Source: Mobula hypostoma (Eukaryota). Taken from it: a stretch of 64,000 bases of DNA. Where the stretch lies: the NCBI RefSeq assembly GCF_963921235.1, contig NC_086097.1, forward strand, positions 155,498,001-155,562,000, read 5' to 3'. The notes below the pieces were generated by a model. It had not been told where the DNA came from and did no database searches. It saw only the letters and a list, made by a program, of their open reading frames with translations. Positions 37,523 to 50,720 of the stretch are shown in pieces. Position 1 is the stretch's first letter. The number at the start of each line of letters is the position of its first letter. The position numbers and the translations under genes are program-made.

Positions 37523-40464
37523 GTATTGTACGAAGACCCCACCCGTTTAAAACTGGGAGGAGTGGAGGAAAGAATGGGTAGTGGGAATGAGCAACTGGAG
37601 AGCAAACTCTCATTCTACAAGACACAGACTGTCACATGGAAGCTCGCTGAGACCTACCCCTTCCCCAAGGACAGAGCTGAGGAGGGTTTTTGTTAGCAGA
37701 AGGTGGTGAATCTGTGGAATTCATTGCCTTGGATAGCTGCAGAGGCCACCTTAGGGTTTTTTTGGAAGCAGAGGTTGATAAGTGTGTCAAAAGTTACAGG
37801 GAGATGGCAGGAGAATGGGGTTAAGGGAGATAATAAATCAGTCGTGATAGGATTGCAGAGGAGACGTGATGGACAAATGGCTCTGAGATCAACATGTAGT
37901 TTTGACAAGGGTGTCAATGTGTAGCTGGATTGTGATCCCACACCAGCAACCCCCCCCAAGGCCCCAAGGTTATTCTTGCCCTTGTGTGAGTGAGACGACC
38001 ACTAGTAGGACACTCAGCCCATTGTGGCTGTGCTGTCCCTGGGTGATGTGTTCTAACCCCATCTTGACCCCGCATGTGACTCCATTACCTCCCCAATTCC
38101 CTCTCTGGGTCCCACCAGCCCTGATCCAACAGCGCAGCAAAACAACTGCTCTTCCTCTCCCCGCTGCGTCCCACACCAACTCTTTCAGTGGTATCCCAAA
38201 CTCTTCCACCAGGATTTGGGGAACTGTCCCAGTGAGCAGAAGCATCCCCCATTTCGCCAAGGAGAAGAAGATGGGGACTGCCACATCTGGCCAAGGAGTA
38301 GAGTGTGGTAAACCCAACCTGGCTGCAGCTGAGAAGCAGGGCCACCACATCTAGCTGTGAAAGATGTGGGGTCATCTCATCTGTACAGGGAGGACCCAGG
38401 GCCACCATATAACATAGCTATTATAGCACGAGGCATCGGAGTTTGAAGTTCTGTTCCGGTGTTCTCTGTGAGAAAATATGAACAGTATGTTCTTTCTGGG
38501 TGTGCATGGGATTCCTCTGGGTTCTGCAGTGTCCTCTTCGAGTCCAAAGACACAGCAGATAGTAGGCTAATTTGACATGTGATTAACCTAAGGGTTAAAT
38601 CAGAGAGTTACTGAGCTGTGCAGCTTGGTGGGACAGAGGGGTCTTTTCCACACTGTATCTCCATTAAGAAATATTTGCCTGAGGGTATTGGTCTCGCGTC
38701 TAGCTGGTAAGGAGAGGGTGTGGCCTTCGCGTTTGGCTGAAGGTACCGGGAAGCACATCGGGCTTGGGAGGTGAGGATCGGGCCTTCACATCTCTCTGAG
38801 GGTATCAATCCCAAATCTGGCCAGGGAGGAGAAGATCAGGACCATCTTGCTGAGGAATTTTTCACAATCTGGCTGGGGAGGAGAGGATGCAAACTCAATA
38901 TCTGTCTTTAACTGCTGCATTCCCACATTTCTAATCAATGGCATCATCCCCAGCTAGGCGGCAAGGGACCGGTCTCCTGAAACCCATCCCTACACCCACA
39001 TTGCACATATTTCTACTGGTGACGGCAGCACCTGTGTACCTGCAAGCACTCCACACAGCTGTGTGATGCTTTTTGGTGGAGCAGCCGGCCCAGTTCTGAG
39101 TCCGTGTCCCGGTGGGATGAAGTAAAATTGGAAGGGGATCAGTGTGTAAGGAAGGGAGAATTGGAGGTAAAAATTCAAGTTTATTATCATCTGACTGGAC
39201 ATATAAAAAACTAAACAAAATAATTTTCCTCTGAACATAACCCAAACCAGTTAATAAAATATAATTCAAAATGGATGTAGTGTGCAGCACAAGTAAACAA
39301 TAAACAGTAAATAGGAAATAGTTCACTGCCCTAGGTCCCTCAAATATGCCACACAAGTTGATCTGTGAGGTTAAGGAGGCATCTGGCATGTTGGCCTTCA
39401 TGAGTCATAGGATTGAGTTCAAGCGTAGTAAGGTGATACTGCCGCTCTATAGAACTCTTGTTAAGACCATACTTGGAATATTGTGTTCAGTTCTGATCGC
39501 CTTGTTACAGGAAGGATGTGGAAGCTTTAGAGAGAAAGCAGAGAAGATTTATCGGGATGCTGCCTGGAATAGAGAAGATGACTTTTGAGGAAAGGTTGAG
39601 TGAGCGAGGGCACTTCTCTTTGGAGTGTAAAAGGATGAGGGTGTAGAAGATGTGAGGCATAGACAGAATGGGCAGCCACTGCCTTTTTTCCCCAGTGTGG
39701 AAATAGCTAATAGGAGAGGACATAATTATAAGGTAATTGGAGGAAAATATTGGGGTCATGTCAGAGGTAGTTTTTTTTTAACACATAGAAAGTGGTAAGT
39801 GTGTGGAACATGCTGCTAGAGGTGTTGGTAGGGGCAGATACTCTGCGTTCGGAGGATTTAAGAGACTCTTAGGCACATGGATGATAGAATAATAGAAGAA
39901 CAATTGGTTAGATTGATCTTAGAGTAGGGTAAAAGATCAGATCAACCTCATAGGTTGAAGGGCCTGTACTGTGTTGTACTATTCGGTGTTCTAAGTACAA
40001 ACTGATTACTGTGTTGCTATTGTGTGTGATTAGGGTTTTGCCAGTTCATTCAAAGACAAAAGGAAAGTAGCTGTTCTTGTGGGTCTTCAGGCTTCTGAAC
40101 TTCCTGCCCAAAGGTAGCTGCGTGAAGATGGCACGGGTTGGGGGGTGGGGACCTTTGGTGTATGTTGCCTTCTTGAGGTACATTCTAGTCAGTATATTGA
40201 AGACAGACTTATGGTTGGGAGTGTCTGTTGGGGGGGATTGTAGGGTGATGTGGTTGGAAGTGATTAGAATTGGAGAGAAGGCAAGAGATAAGGAAGCTGT
40301 GCTGGGGATGTGCAGACAGTGGTTGGAGAAGGGTGATGGATGTGGAAGGGATAGAGAGTTAAGGTGATTAGGCAGGGATGTTGTGGAGAGGATACTCAAA
40401 ACTCCAAGGGATGCTGGGTGTTTGAGTGACTACGTGATGGCCACTCTCTCTGTTCTAACCTCAG

Positions 40465-40547
40465 GATATCACCACGTCCATGTTCTGTCTGAAAGTGGTG
40501 ACCCCCTGTCCTCTGCCTCACTTTTCATCCACATCATGATCGAGTGA
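40465..40547 (+). pseudogene. PLC-delta last coding exon
   Basis: AG acceptor; YHHVHVLSESGDPLSSASLFIHIMIE* resembles the PLC-delta C-terminus. Confidence 0.9.
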
Positions 40548-41704
40548 ACTTTGTCGCTATCATCTCCTCCACCGGCAGCTGGTACAGGGCTCCCTTGAAC
40601 AGACATGGACAGTGGGACAGTTGGAATGGGTTGGGTAGATTGAAAGAAAGAGGAGGGAGAAGGGTGAAAGAGAGTGGGAGATGAGAGGGAAAGCAATTGG
40701 GGGTAGAGATTCGTACATAGATGAGGAAGAGGTCATTATATGTTTGTTTCTGGGGACTGGGGAGAAGAGTTTTCAATGCTGCTGCATGTCTTAGTCAAAT
40801 GTACTTCCTGACCTTTTTATTATCCACATGTATTCATGTTTAACACTGTTCAGAGGACAGAGGAGATCACTCACCAAGTCAGGAGCTGATCATGTCGTGG
40901 TTTCACAAATGACAAGGAAGCGCCGAAGATTCTTCAAGAAATGTTTAAACTTTAATTTGCAAAGTAAAGCTGAGACAGACAGTGGACCAGGCTGTGTAAG
41001 TCTGTCACTGACTGCCCATTTGTTGTTTTCACACAGCATTCTTTATAGCCCTTCTGGGTTAGCATACCTCTAAGTTTTTTCACTCTCACTAATAAATCAA
41101 TTGCTCTTATCTCTCTTACTTGGCTACATTCGTTCTTCTCCAGGGGTTAAAAGTACACAGGTTTCATTCAATGGTTACATCCTAAATACCATAGTAATCC
41201 CACGCACTCAGTAACAGACACTTAATGCATAGTAAAGGCATGGTCAACATCTGAATAAACACCTGATACGCAATAAAAGCACACTTAAAATAAACACTTA
41301 GAAAACAGAGTTAAAATGTTTTCCAATATAATCCTTCCTTTGAGACTTACCAAGTCTCACATAGAGAGAGGAAACTTTGAGTACACACACAAAAGCTCAA
41401 ATAAACTCCAGAATTTACTCCCAAATCTGGGTCAAACTATCATTTCTTGTGCTTAGAACTTGAAGTGTTCTCTCCCTACCTTCCTAGGCCACTGAACCAA
41501 ACACCTGCCCCTTCGTGTCTGAGACAGGAAAAAAGACTTGAGCCTTTACAGTCTACTCCCACATTATCATTTCCCTCCTGTACATCTTGCATGTCATGTA
41601 AGCTGTAACAGTACATCATCAGTGTTACTCTTTCCACTGGGCTTGATTCAGCAATTTCCAGGAGCATCGGAAAGCGTTTTGTTGTGGCCCGCACTATAAG
41701 AGAC

Positions 41705-42341
41705 TATAATTATTATAGCCTCTCCTCTTAGGTGCTGCCGGGTACATGTCCCCTCGTGCCATCTCTCCTCTAACTCCTTACTCTGAGTCTCGTCAAAAAT
41801 TACTGTGCAACGTAACTCAGACTTAGGTGCTTCCGCCGTGGGCAATATGGCCTGCACGCCCTTTTTCCATTTTTCCCAGGTTTCCCAGATCTGATCTTCT
41901 ATGTCTCCTATCCAGAAAACATTAGCTTTCTTGATTTCCCGCACTAGTAACTGAGTATTCGCTCTTTCCACACTCAACCCATTTCTAGTGCATTCTAATT
42001 TTAATTCTGGTTTTAATAGTGCATCTCTGCCTAGCAAATTAATTGGGGTTCCTTTGGACACTAATACTGGCAGAACTATTCTTTTACTGCCGATCCCCAA
42101 CTGTTCTGGAGCTGTATATTGTATTAACTGTTTTCTCCGAGAACCCTACAGTCTTAATAAATTTTCCTGACATGGGAAGGTGAAGGGCATACTGTGGCCG
42201 TACACAGGTATACGTGGCTCCAGTGTCTATCATCATGGGTGTCAATTGCCCTTCTAACATAACCTGAGCAATGGGTTCCTCTTCCGCCTCCCTTGTTATC
42301 ACTGGGTAATGTCCCTTCCCACCTGGGTTCTCTGGGCACCC
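41705..42341 (-). pseudogene. pro: Retroviral protease plus a downstream accessory domain
   Basis: MIDTGATYTCV and TPINLLGRDAL; one frameshift. Confidence 0.88.
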
Positions 42342-44516
42342 CTAGCATCTTGCATAGGGGTTCACGGGTCTGCTTGAGCCTGTGGGGGCTGGTCCTTGGC
42401 TAACCTGCGGTTCCCTTCTCATCGGCCCCTGTTGGTACGTGACGGGCCATAACCTGAGTGGACAGTCTCTTCTCATATGTCCTGGCTGGTTACACCCCCA
42501 ACACAGTCTCTCTATCTCTCTCTCCCCTTGTCTTCTCACTGGCCCTCTTTGTCCACAACCTCTCTGTCCCCCTGTTTGGGGTTTCTGGTCCTGTCTGGGC
42601 TGCTGTTTAAATTTACTGTGTTCTTGATAGGGCATTCGTGGGAATGCTCCTCCAAAGACATTTATTATTAGCATGGGGTTTTCTGGCCCCTGACTGACAG
42701 CGCCACCGGTTCCTCCATACAGTTGTGTTTCATCCATTTCAACGGTTGCACTCAAATCGGGTGCTACTGGCAGCATCTTTTTTCCCCTTCTTCCTTCTTT
42801 TCAAGTTCTTCAAGCTGCATTTGCATGAGCTTTCTTTGCACCTCTTCCTGCTGCTCAATCAGCTTCTGTTTGTCTTTCCGATATTTCTCAACCGCATGAA
42901 TTACGTGGTCTCTATATTCTTGTGAGTTCATTGACATCAGTCCGACCACTTCCTCCAAGTTAGATTTAACTTGCGGAGGCATTGCTTCCAAAACGGCAGT
43001 TCGGAACAGTATGGTCATAAACGAGTTGTCTTCCACTTCTTGCTCAGTCTCCAGCCTCCACCTTTTCAACTGATTTTCTACATAGGCTGCTGGATTCTCA
43101 GTGTCCCCCAGTGGATCCCCTTTCAAAGCTTTGGGGTCCACTTTGGGTGGGTAAAACTTACGGAGGGCCTGCCATACCCTCTGCCTCACTTGGTCAAAGC
43201 TGGTCCCGTCAGTCATTGGGCTGAACGCATTTAGTAGTCCAGCCGTTTCCATCAACTCTTTCAATTTGGAGGTTCCCATCAACCTTATCAGCAGTGCCTT
43301 CAAATCTCCCATAGCCAATAACCCTCCCGTAGTTCCTTCTTCAAAAGCTCTAACCCACTTCCCTGCTCCTTCATGTAAGCTAGGCAGGGTGTTTTTCAGC
43401 CCTTTCAGGTCCTGGGAGCCCCAGGGAACATACTGTACTTGTCCTGAACCTTTTACTAACAACGGCATCACTTTTTTTCCTTCTCTCCCCATATTCTGAT
43501 TTTCCACCTCATCCGACTCCTCGTCCCCTTCTGACCTCATTCTTACTGGCTGCCACACAAATCTCTACAGGGTTTGCTCTCTCCCTTGTTTTCCTATTTT
43601 CTCTTGACTTCTCCTTAGCGTCCTCTATTTCTGATTCAGGCTAGCATCTGCTCGGGTCCTCGCGAATTCCTCAAACTGTTGTTGGAAACCCAGTGGGAAA
43701 CCCAATTTCCGCTGTAATATCCTATACTCTTTCTCCGCTTCTCTCATCTCCCTTTCCACTCTTTTTCCCCTTCAAGGAACTCCTCTTCTATCCCCTATCT
43801 ACACTCTCTTATACCCTCATACTCATTACTTGACTCTTGTTCTTCTGATAAATCATCTTTTTCAGCCAGTTCAGTGTCGTGTTACTGTAACAGGAATTCC
43901 TCCTGATTTTTCCTCAGCCTCAATTCCTACATCTTTGATACGTTCTCTTATCATCTTACTTTCTCGTTCTACTTTATTCTTATCTTCCTGCATCTCCTTC
44001 CACAGTGCCCCTCTCTCCTCCTCATATTTCCTTCTTTCCTCCTCGGTCTCCCAGACTTTAAACTTTCCCTCCGGTTCTAGTTCTGTTAATACAGGGCACT
44101 GTTTAAGAGTCTCCTCCTTGTAATAAGGGGGAGGGGTTTCTACATTTCTCAGGTATAGAGTCGGCTCTTTATTTGGTTTCCCCTGTGATTTACCAAACTG
44201 CTTTTCTTGTTTTTCAGTGTCTTCTTTACTTGCTACTGACATTCGTCCTTTCTTTCTCAATCTTTCTCCCTCCATCCTAAAGACTTAACACTTCTATCTC
44301 CTATTTTCTTTTTTTTCTCCCTTTTTTTAGACTTATCTCTTGGTTTATAATTTTTAATCAGCGCCTCCATTTCCTCACATAAACTTACATCAAATGTTCC
44401 TTCTTTTGGCCACTTCGTGACCAGATTTTTGGTTCTTTATTCCCATTTTTCTGAAATTTCCGCAATCTTACCTTGACACACCAGGAATATTCTACTGCTG
44501 TTCCTTTCCCTGTCAT
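42342..44516 (-). pseudogene. gag: Retroviral gag (frameshifted)
   Basis: YVPWGSQDL...EGAGKWVRAFEE...GDLKALL; single knuckle CWGCNQPGHMRRDC; TAG at 42342-42344. Confidence 0.85.
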
Positions 44517-45649
44517 ACTGTTCTTCCACTTTTTAAGGTATTCTTGGTGTCTCACACCAAAGTAATACTATTTTCTGTAACCTATTTTCTATCTAGCCTT
44601 ATGGTTTCTTCTCACCCGCATCTAAATGATCTACTTAAGCTATCCTTATCTTCTATTCTGTTCTGCCCGTGCAGACCCCTTTCTCGGGCGGTATCCGCAG
44701 AACCTTCTTTTTGCACCTCGCCTATTCAGACCCTTAACTTTTCTTAAGGCGGTATTCACGAGGATTTTCTCTTTTCTTCCTTTCCCTGTCCGTTCAGACC
44801 TTCGTCTCGTACGAAGCAGTATCCACAGGGAGTTACCAACACCACGTGGAATTTTTCTCACTTAACTCCTTATTACCTTATTCATACTCACCCCCCCCCC
44901 ACTGCAGTGTTCTTGATTAATCCTCCGAGCCTCCTTTTAACCCTCAATTCTGCCAGATTCTTTGAATCGGAGAGACCTTTCGGCAGTTGTTTCACGCTTC
45001 TGAGTCCCCGGGATCTCCCAAAAAACCAACAGAATTCTTAGTCCAAATTGTCGCTAAAAGGCGCTTACCTTTGTTTGGGTGCACCCTGAATTCTGTTAGC
45101 TCTGTGGAGGTCCCCCAGGGACCGGGAAGCGCCCTCAATCTACCGTTTCCTTCTTCCATGGGTCTCTTCCCGATCCTGCCCGACCACGCCAGTTTTGTCG
45201 TGGTTTCACAAATGACAAGGAAGCGCCGAAGATTCTTCAAGAAATGTTTAAACTTTAATTTGCAAAGTAAAGCTGAGACAGACAGTGGACCAGGCCGTGT
45301 AAGTCTGTCACTGACTGCCCCTTTGTCGTTTTCACACGACATTCTTTATAGCCCTTCTGGGTTAGCATACCTCTGTAAGTTTTTTACTCTAACTAATAAA
45401 TCAATTACTCTTATCTCTCTTACTTGGCTACATCCGTTTTTCTCGAGGGGTTAAAAGTACACAGGTTTCATTCAATGGTTACATCCCAAATACCATAGTA
45501 ATCCCACGCACTCAGTAACAGACACTTAATGCATAGTAAAGGCATGGTCAACATCTGAATAAACACCTGATACGCAATAAAAGCACACTTGAAATAAACA
45601 CTTAGAAAACAGAGTTAAAATGTTTTCCAATAATCAATTGTAAACATTG

Positions 45650-47170
45650 TGAGATACTCTCTACATGAGATCACATCTTGTGTTACTAGCGGGATATAGT
45701 AGTGGTCCAGGCCAACCTGGATGAGGCCATGGGGAATTGATCTGTTGGCATTGGCTAGGTCTAATCACATGACTGTTTGGTCACCTTTCTTTTGCTTGGC
45801 CTCGTGAATCAATTGGCTGATTATTAAGGTGTGTTCAAGGCACCCAGAAAAAAAAACAGGATGCCACCTTTCTGGATGGCACTATATGTTGACATAGTGA
45901 TCTCTATTAAGTAAGAGGTCGGCCTTCTTGCAAGCACCAAGAATATCTTGCACCCCACGCTAAGGGAGGAGATTGTCCTAAATTGGGTGATTGTGAAGGA
46001 ATCTTCTTCCTTGGGAATAAAGCATCCTTCAGCCACTTTCCAGCTTGGTGGAATAGAGCATTTGGTCCAAATCTTCCTCGTTATCTTCCACAACCTCCTG
46101 GAGGAGTTTTGGACATTTCTTATACACCTTGTAGGCTATACCACTTGGTACTGGGGCCTCAGATGACTTTGCTCCCTGGACCTCCTGCCACATAGGCTCT
46201 GCCATGTTCAGCCCTGTTGCTGGGATTCTTGTTGAGGGAATTTTGGATTGAATTCTAGTCCTTGATTCCTACGGGGAACTCTGTGTGATTCCCACAGAAA
46301 TACTTCCACCTCCTGCTTTGAGCTGGTTAGGGTGCCAGATTTTCATTGGCTGAGAAGAGCCCTGGTGAACCTGAATGGTGTTTTTAACAAACTGCGCTCT
46401 CCTCTTTCTTCCTTCTTTGCTTTCACAGCTGCTCCATGCTCCTGAGCTTCTGCCACTGCTCCCGCAGTTTGCCAGTTAGATCTTTGGCACCTTCTTTCTC
46501 GTCAGGTGAACTGTTTCTTTGAATTTCTTGTTCAGGGCCTTTATCTTGCTTCTCAGGTGGCGAATTTCCCTTTCCCTCCTGTTTGGTTGCCGTGATGGTT
46601 TAAGATCCCCTTTCTTCTCCATTGGGCTGAATTGCTCTTTAGCAAATTTGAACACAATGGCTGTGAGGGAGTCCATTTTCTTTGAGATGGGTCCTGCAAC
46701 GTAGCTTCCAAGATGCAATCCAGGTAGTCATCAAACTGCATGTAAGATACATTGTCTTATAATCTGATCCTCTCTACCCTTGATGAATGGATTAGGGTGT
46801 CAGAGGGGGCACTTACTTGGTCTTGTCTTTGACACTGGGGCAATTCAGGTGCAGAGAGATCTTCAGCTCTGTGGGGTGCTTCCTGGCTGGAGTTCTCCAT
46901 CGTCTCACCAGATGTTGAATCCGTGCTTTGCACTTCAGCTACCTTCATTCCACAGCTGGATTTGCTTTGGTGTATGTTGAGGCCTTTGATTTTGCTGCAA
47001 TAGCACTTTGCAATGAATACCGCCCAGTCAGTGTTGTTTGCTTAACCCTTCTCATTGTAATATTTCCAGTCTTGGCCAATACTGTTATGTCTATCCTACT
47101 GAGTCTCTTATCCTCCCTCCCCACCCCGCCTTCTCGGGAGACTCTAGGGATATTGCGTATTTAGTTCATC
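45650..47170 (-). mobile_element. Hero (R2 group) non-LTR element, degenerate 5' half
   Basis: WKVAEGCFIPKEEDS...QFRTIS; NRREREIRHLRSKIKAL; zinc-finger remnant GLNIHQSK. Confidence 0.8.
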
Positions 47171-47949
47171 TGTAGCTTGTATGGTGCCCTCTTGCAAGTG
47201 CTGTACACTAAGTTGCTAGCTTTGTGTGCCTGTGACAGTCTTTCCTGAAGGTCAGCTATCTTTCCAGCATATACAACCTTTCTTGGTTGCCATTCAGTCT
47301 TTCCTGGAAGTCAGTGGCGAACCAGATGTCGTTTGTATCATACACTGGGGTGCTCTCTTCAGTTATCTGATGAGGTAACAGTAGCTTCTGGCCAGGAGCA
47401 GATGTCATCAGGTGGTGCCCAACCTTCACAGAGTGTTTGACCCTTAACCGCTACATTCTGCTTTAAATATAACTTAGCAATTTGGCCTAAACAACCATCT
47501 TTGGCACTGAATTCCACAGACTCACACCCTCTGGTTAAAGAAATTACACCTCATCTTTGTTCTAAAATGAAGTCTCTCTATTCTGAGGCTGTGCTCTCCA
47601 GTCATAGACTCCCCCACTATTGGAAACATTATCTCCACGATCACCCTAACCAGGCCTTTAAATATTTGATAGGTTTCAATATGAGATTCCCCTCATTCTT
47701 CTAAACTCCAGTCGGTACAGGCGCAGAATCACCAAAAACTCCTTTTGCATTAACCTCTCAATTCCCAGGATCATTTGTGTGAGCCTTCTCTGGACCCTCT
47801 CCGATACCAGGACATCGTTTTTTAGATATGGGGCTCAAAACTACTTAGAATCCTAAGATCTAGTAATATTACACAGTACTGAAAGGAGTTGGACCTGGAT
47901 CCACCAACTACCATTCACCCCCGCCATGCTGGAATGACTCCATACTTAC

Positions 47950-48083
47950 CATTGTTGGAAACGTGGCGTCACTTTCTGATCATTGTCTTGTTCAACTCCA
48001 AAAACCTGCACCTTCACAAGTGGGTCCACTGCTGAGCCGGATTTCGCCATGTTTGACTTGGGGAGTTGCTGGGCAGAGATGAC
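47950..48083 (-). pseudogene. Inverted PLC-delta C2 exon with its flanking introns
   Basis: VISAQQLPKSNMAKSGSAVDPLVKVQVFGVEQDN; 2-nt deletion; flanks match about 31620-32170. Confidence 0.92.
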
Positions 48084-48649
48084 CTGTGGAGAGGCAAAGA
48101 CATGATGTGAGAGCCGACTGGTGCAACAATAACTTGATTTATTTGACGACTGGATGAAATTAGCAATCGGGGAACACAGAGTACAGGACAGGCAAGTCTC
48201 TTCAGCCCACAATGATGTGCTGACCTTTTAAAAGAGGTGCTGTGCTACCCCAGTGTCAAAGACAAGACCAAATGAGTGCCCCCTCTGACACCCTAATCCA
48301 TTCATCAAGGGTAAAGAGGATCAGATTATAAGACAATGTATCTTGCATGCAGTTTGATGACTACCTGGATTGCATCTTGGAAGCTACATTGCAGGACCCG
48401 TCTAAAGGAAAACTGACTCCTTCACAGCCACTGTGTTCAACTTTTCTAAAGAGTGATTCAGCCCAATGGAGAAGAAAGGAGATCTTAAAAGGGCATTGAA
48501 TTTAGATGGTGGGATGTTATGTTAAAGATGATCTTTTTTGTCACATGTACATCAAAGCATACAATAAAATGGCATGTTTTTTGTCGAGTCGAACTAGCAA
48601 AGATTTTGCGGGGCAGACCACAAATGCTGTCACATTTCCAGTGCCAAGA

Positions 48650-50150
48650 TAATATTGAAAGGATAGGGAGGAAGGCGGACAGGGGCATCATTGCTCTGTT
48701 GGTAATAAATGAAATTAAATCATAAGAAAGTCATGATATAGGGTTGGAAGGTGTTGAATCACTGTGGATAAAGTGAAGGAACTGCAAGGGTGAAAAGATC
48801 CCGGTGGGACTTGTATACAGATACAAACTGTAGTAAGGCTGTTGCCTACAAATTACAACGGGAGATAGAAAATGCATGCCTAAAGGGCAAGTTACAATAG
48901 TCATGGGGGACGTCAATATGCAAGTAGATTGGGAAAATCAGGTTGCTGCTGGATTGCAGGAGGGGGGATCTCTAGAGTGCCAATGAGATGGCTTTTCAAA
49001 GCAGCTCATGGCTGAGCCCACTGAAGGATCAGCTATTCTGGATTGGGTGTTGTGCAATAAACTAGAATTGATTAGGGAGCTTAAAGTAAAAGAACCCTTT
49101 GGGACAAGTGTCATGATAGAATTCATCCTGAAATTCGAGAAGGAGAAGCCAAAGTCAGGTGTATCAGTATTACAGTGGAGTAAAGGGTATTACAGTGGAG
49201 TAAAGGGAATTACAGAAGCATGAGAGAGAAGCTAGCAACAACTGATTGGAAAAGAACTTTGGCAGGGATGATGGCAGAGCAGCAACAGCTGGAACTTCTG
49301 GAAGCAATTCGGAAGGCACAGGATATATACATCCCAAAAAGGAAGAAGTATTCTAAAGGAAATTTGACACAACCATGAATAACAAGAGAAGACATAGCCA
49401 ATATAAAAGCCAAAGAGAGGGCATATATTAGAGGAAAAATTAATGGAAAGTTGGAGGATTGGGAAACTTTTAAATACCAACAGAAGGCAACTAAAAAAGT
49501 CATTAAAGGATAAAGATGAAATACGAAAGTAAACTAGCCAATAATATTAAAGAGGACACCAAAACACCAAGACACTAGCAGTATGGTGTAAGTTCCAGGT
49601 GTCAGGGGATATGAAGTGTGTGAAGTTACCATTACTAGATAGAGATTTCTTGGGAAAGTGCATGGTAGAATGTCACTTGGACTAGATAGTATACACCCCA
49701 GAGTTTTGAAAGAGGTGGCTGAAGAGATCATGGAGGCAGTAGTAATGATCTTTCGAGAATCACTAGATTTTGGAATGGTTCCGGAAAACTGGATAATTGT
49801 ACATGTCATTCCACTCTTCAAGAAGGGAGACAGGAATAAAAAAAGAAACTATAGGCCAGTTAGTCAGACCTCAGTGGTTGGGAAGATGTTGGAGTCGATT
49901 ATTAAGGATGAGGTTTCAGGGTACAAGGAGGCACATGATAAAATAGGCCGTCGTCAGCATGGTTTCCTCAAGGGAAAATCTTGCCTGACAAATCTTTTGG
50001 AATTCTCTGAAGAAGTATCAAGCAGGGTAGACAAAACACAATTGGTTCATGTTGTGTACTTGGATTTTCAGAAGGCCTTTGACGAGGTGCTTCATATAGG
50101 CTGCTTAACAAGCTACGAGCCCATGGTAATACAGGAAATATTCTAGCCTG
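48650..50150 (+). mobile_element. CR1 LINE ORF2 fragment (endonuclease to RT)
   Basis: AILDWVLCN, IHPRVLKEVAEEI, YLDFQKAFD. Confidence 0.9.
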
Positions 50151-50312
50151 GATTCTAGGATTGAATGGCTTGTCATATGAAGAGTGTCAGATGGCTCTGT
50201 GTCTGTATTCACTGGAATTCAGAAGAATGAGGAGTGACCTCATTGAGACTTATTGAATGGTGAAAGGCCTTGATAGAGTGGAGTGACTAGGACAGGAGGA
50301 CACAGCTTCAGA

Positions 50313-50720
50313 ATAGAAACATAGAAACATAGAAAATAGGTGCAGGAGTAGGCCATTCGGCCCTTTGAGCCTGCACCGCCATTTATTATGATCATGGCTG
50401 ATCATCCAACTCAGAACCCAGCCTTCCCTCCATACCCCCTGACCCCTGTAGCCACAAGGTCCATATCTAACTTCCTTTTAAACATAGCTAATGAACTGGC
50501 CTCAACAGTTTGCTGTGGCAGAGAATTCCACAGATTCACCACTCTCTGTGTGAAGAAGTTTTTCCTAACCTCGGTCCTAAAAGGCTTCCCCTCTATCCTC
50601 AAACTGTGACCCCTCGTTCTAGACCTCCCCAACATCGGGAACAATCTTCCCGCATCTAGCCTGTCCAATCCCTTTAGGATCTTATACGTTTCAATCAGAT
50701 CCCCCCTCAATCTTCTAAAT
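50313..50720 (-). mobile_element. CR1 3' end nested inside another CR1 3' fragment (about 50160-50910, +)
   Basis: RGDLIETYKIL...FFTQRVVNLWNSLP; (TTTCTATG)n tail. Confidence 0.88.

Larger units (their letters stand above)
13767..40547 (+). pseudogene. Phospholipase C delta-like pseudogene, copy A (8-9 recognisable exons)
   Basis: Exons colinear with PLC-delta EF-X-Y-C2 domains; stops, frameshifts, broken splice sites, two exons not found. Confidence 0.92.
40893..45632 (-). mobile_element. Endogenous retrovirus-like provirus with pol and most of env deleted
   Basis: LTRs 45196-45632 and 40893-41328; TSD ATCA; PBS TGGCGTGGTCGGGCAGGAT (45173-45191, tRNA-Ser-like); PPT AAAGGAAGGA; TATAAA and ATTAAA in the LTR on the minus strand. 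Confidence 0.93.

Noticed and set aside
40828..40892. CLTLFRGQRRSL as a PLC PH-domain remnant
   Set aside because: Too short, no splice context; probably chance similarity in 3' flanking sequence
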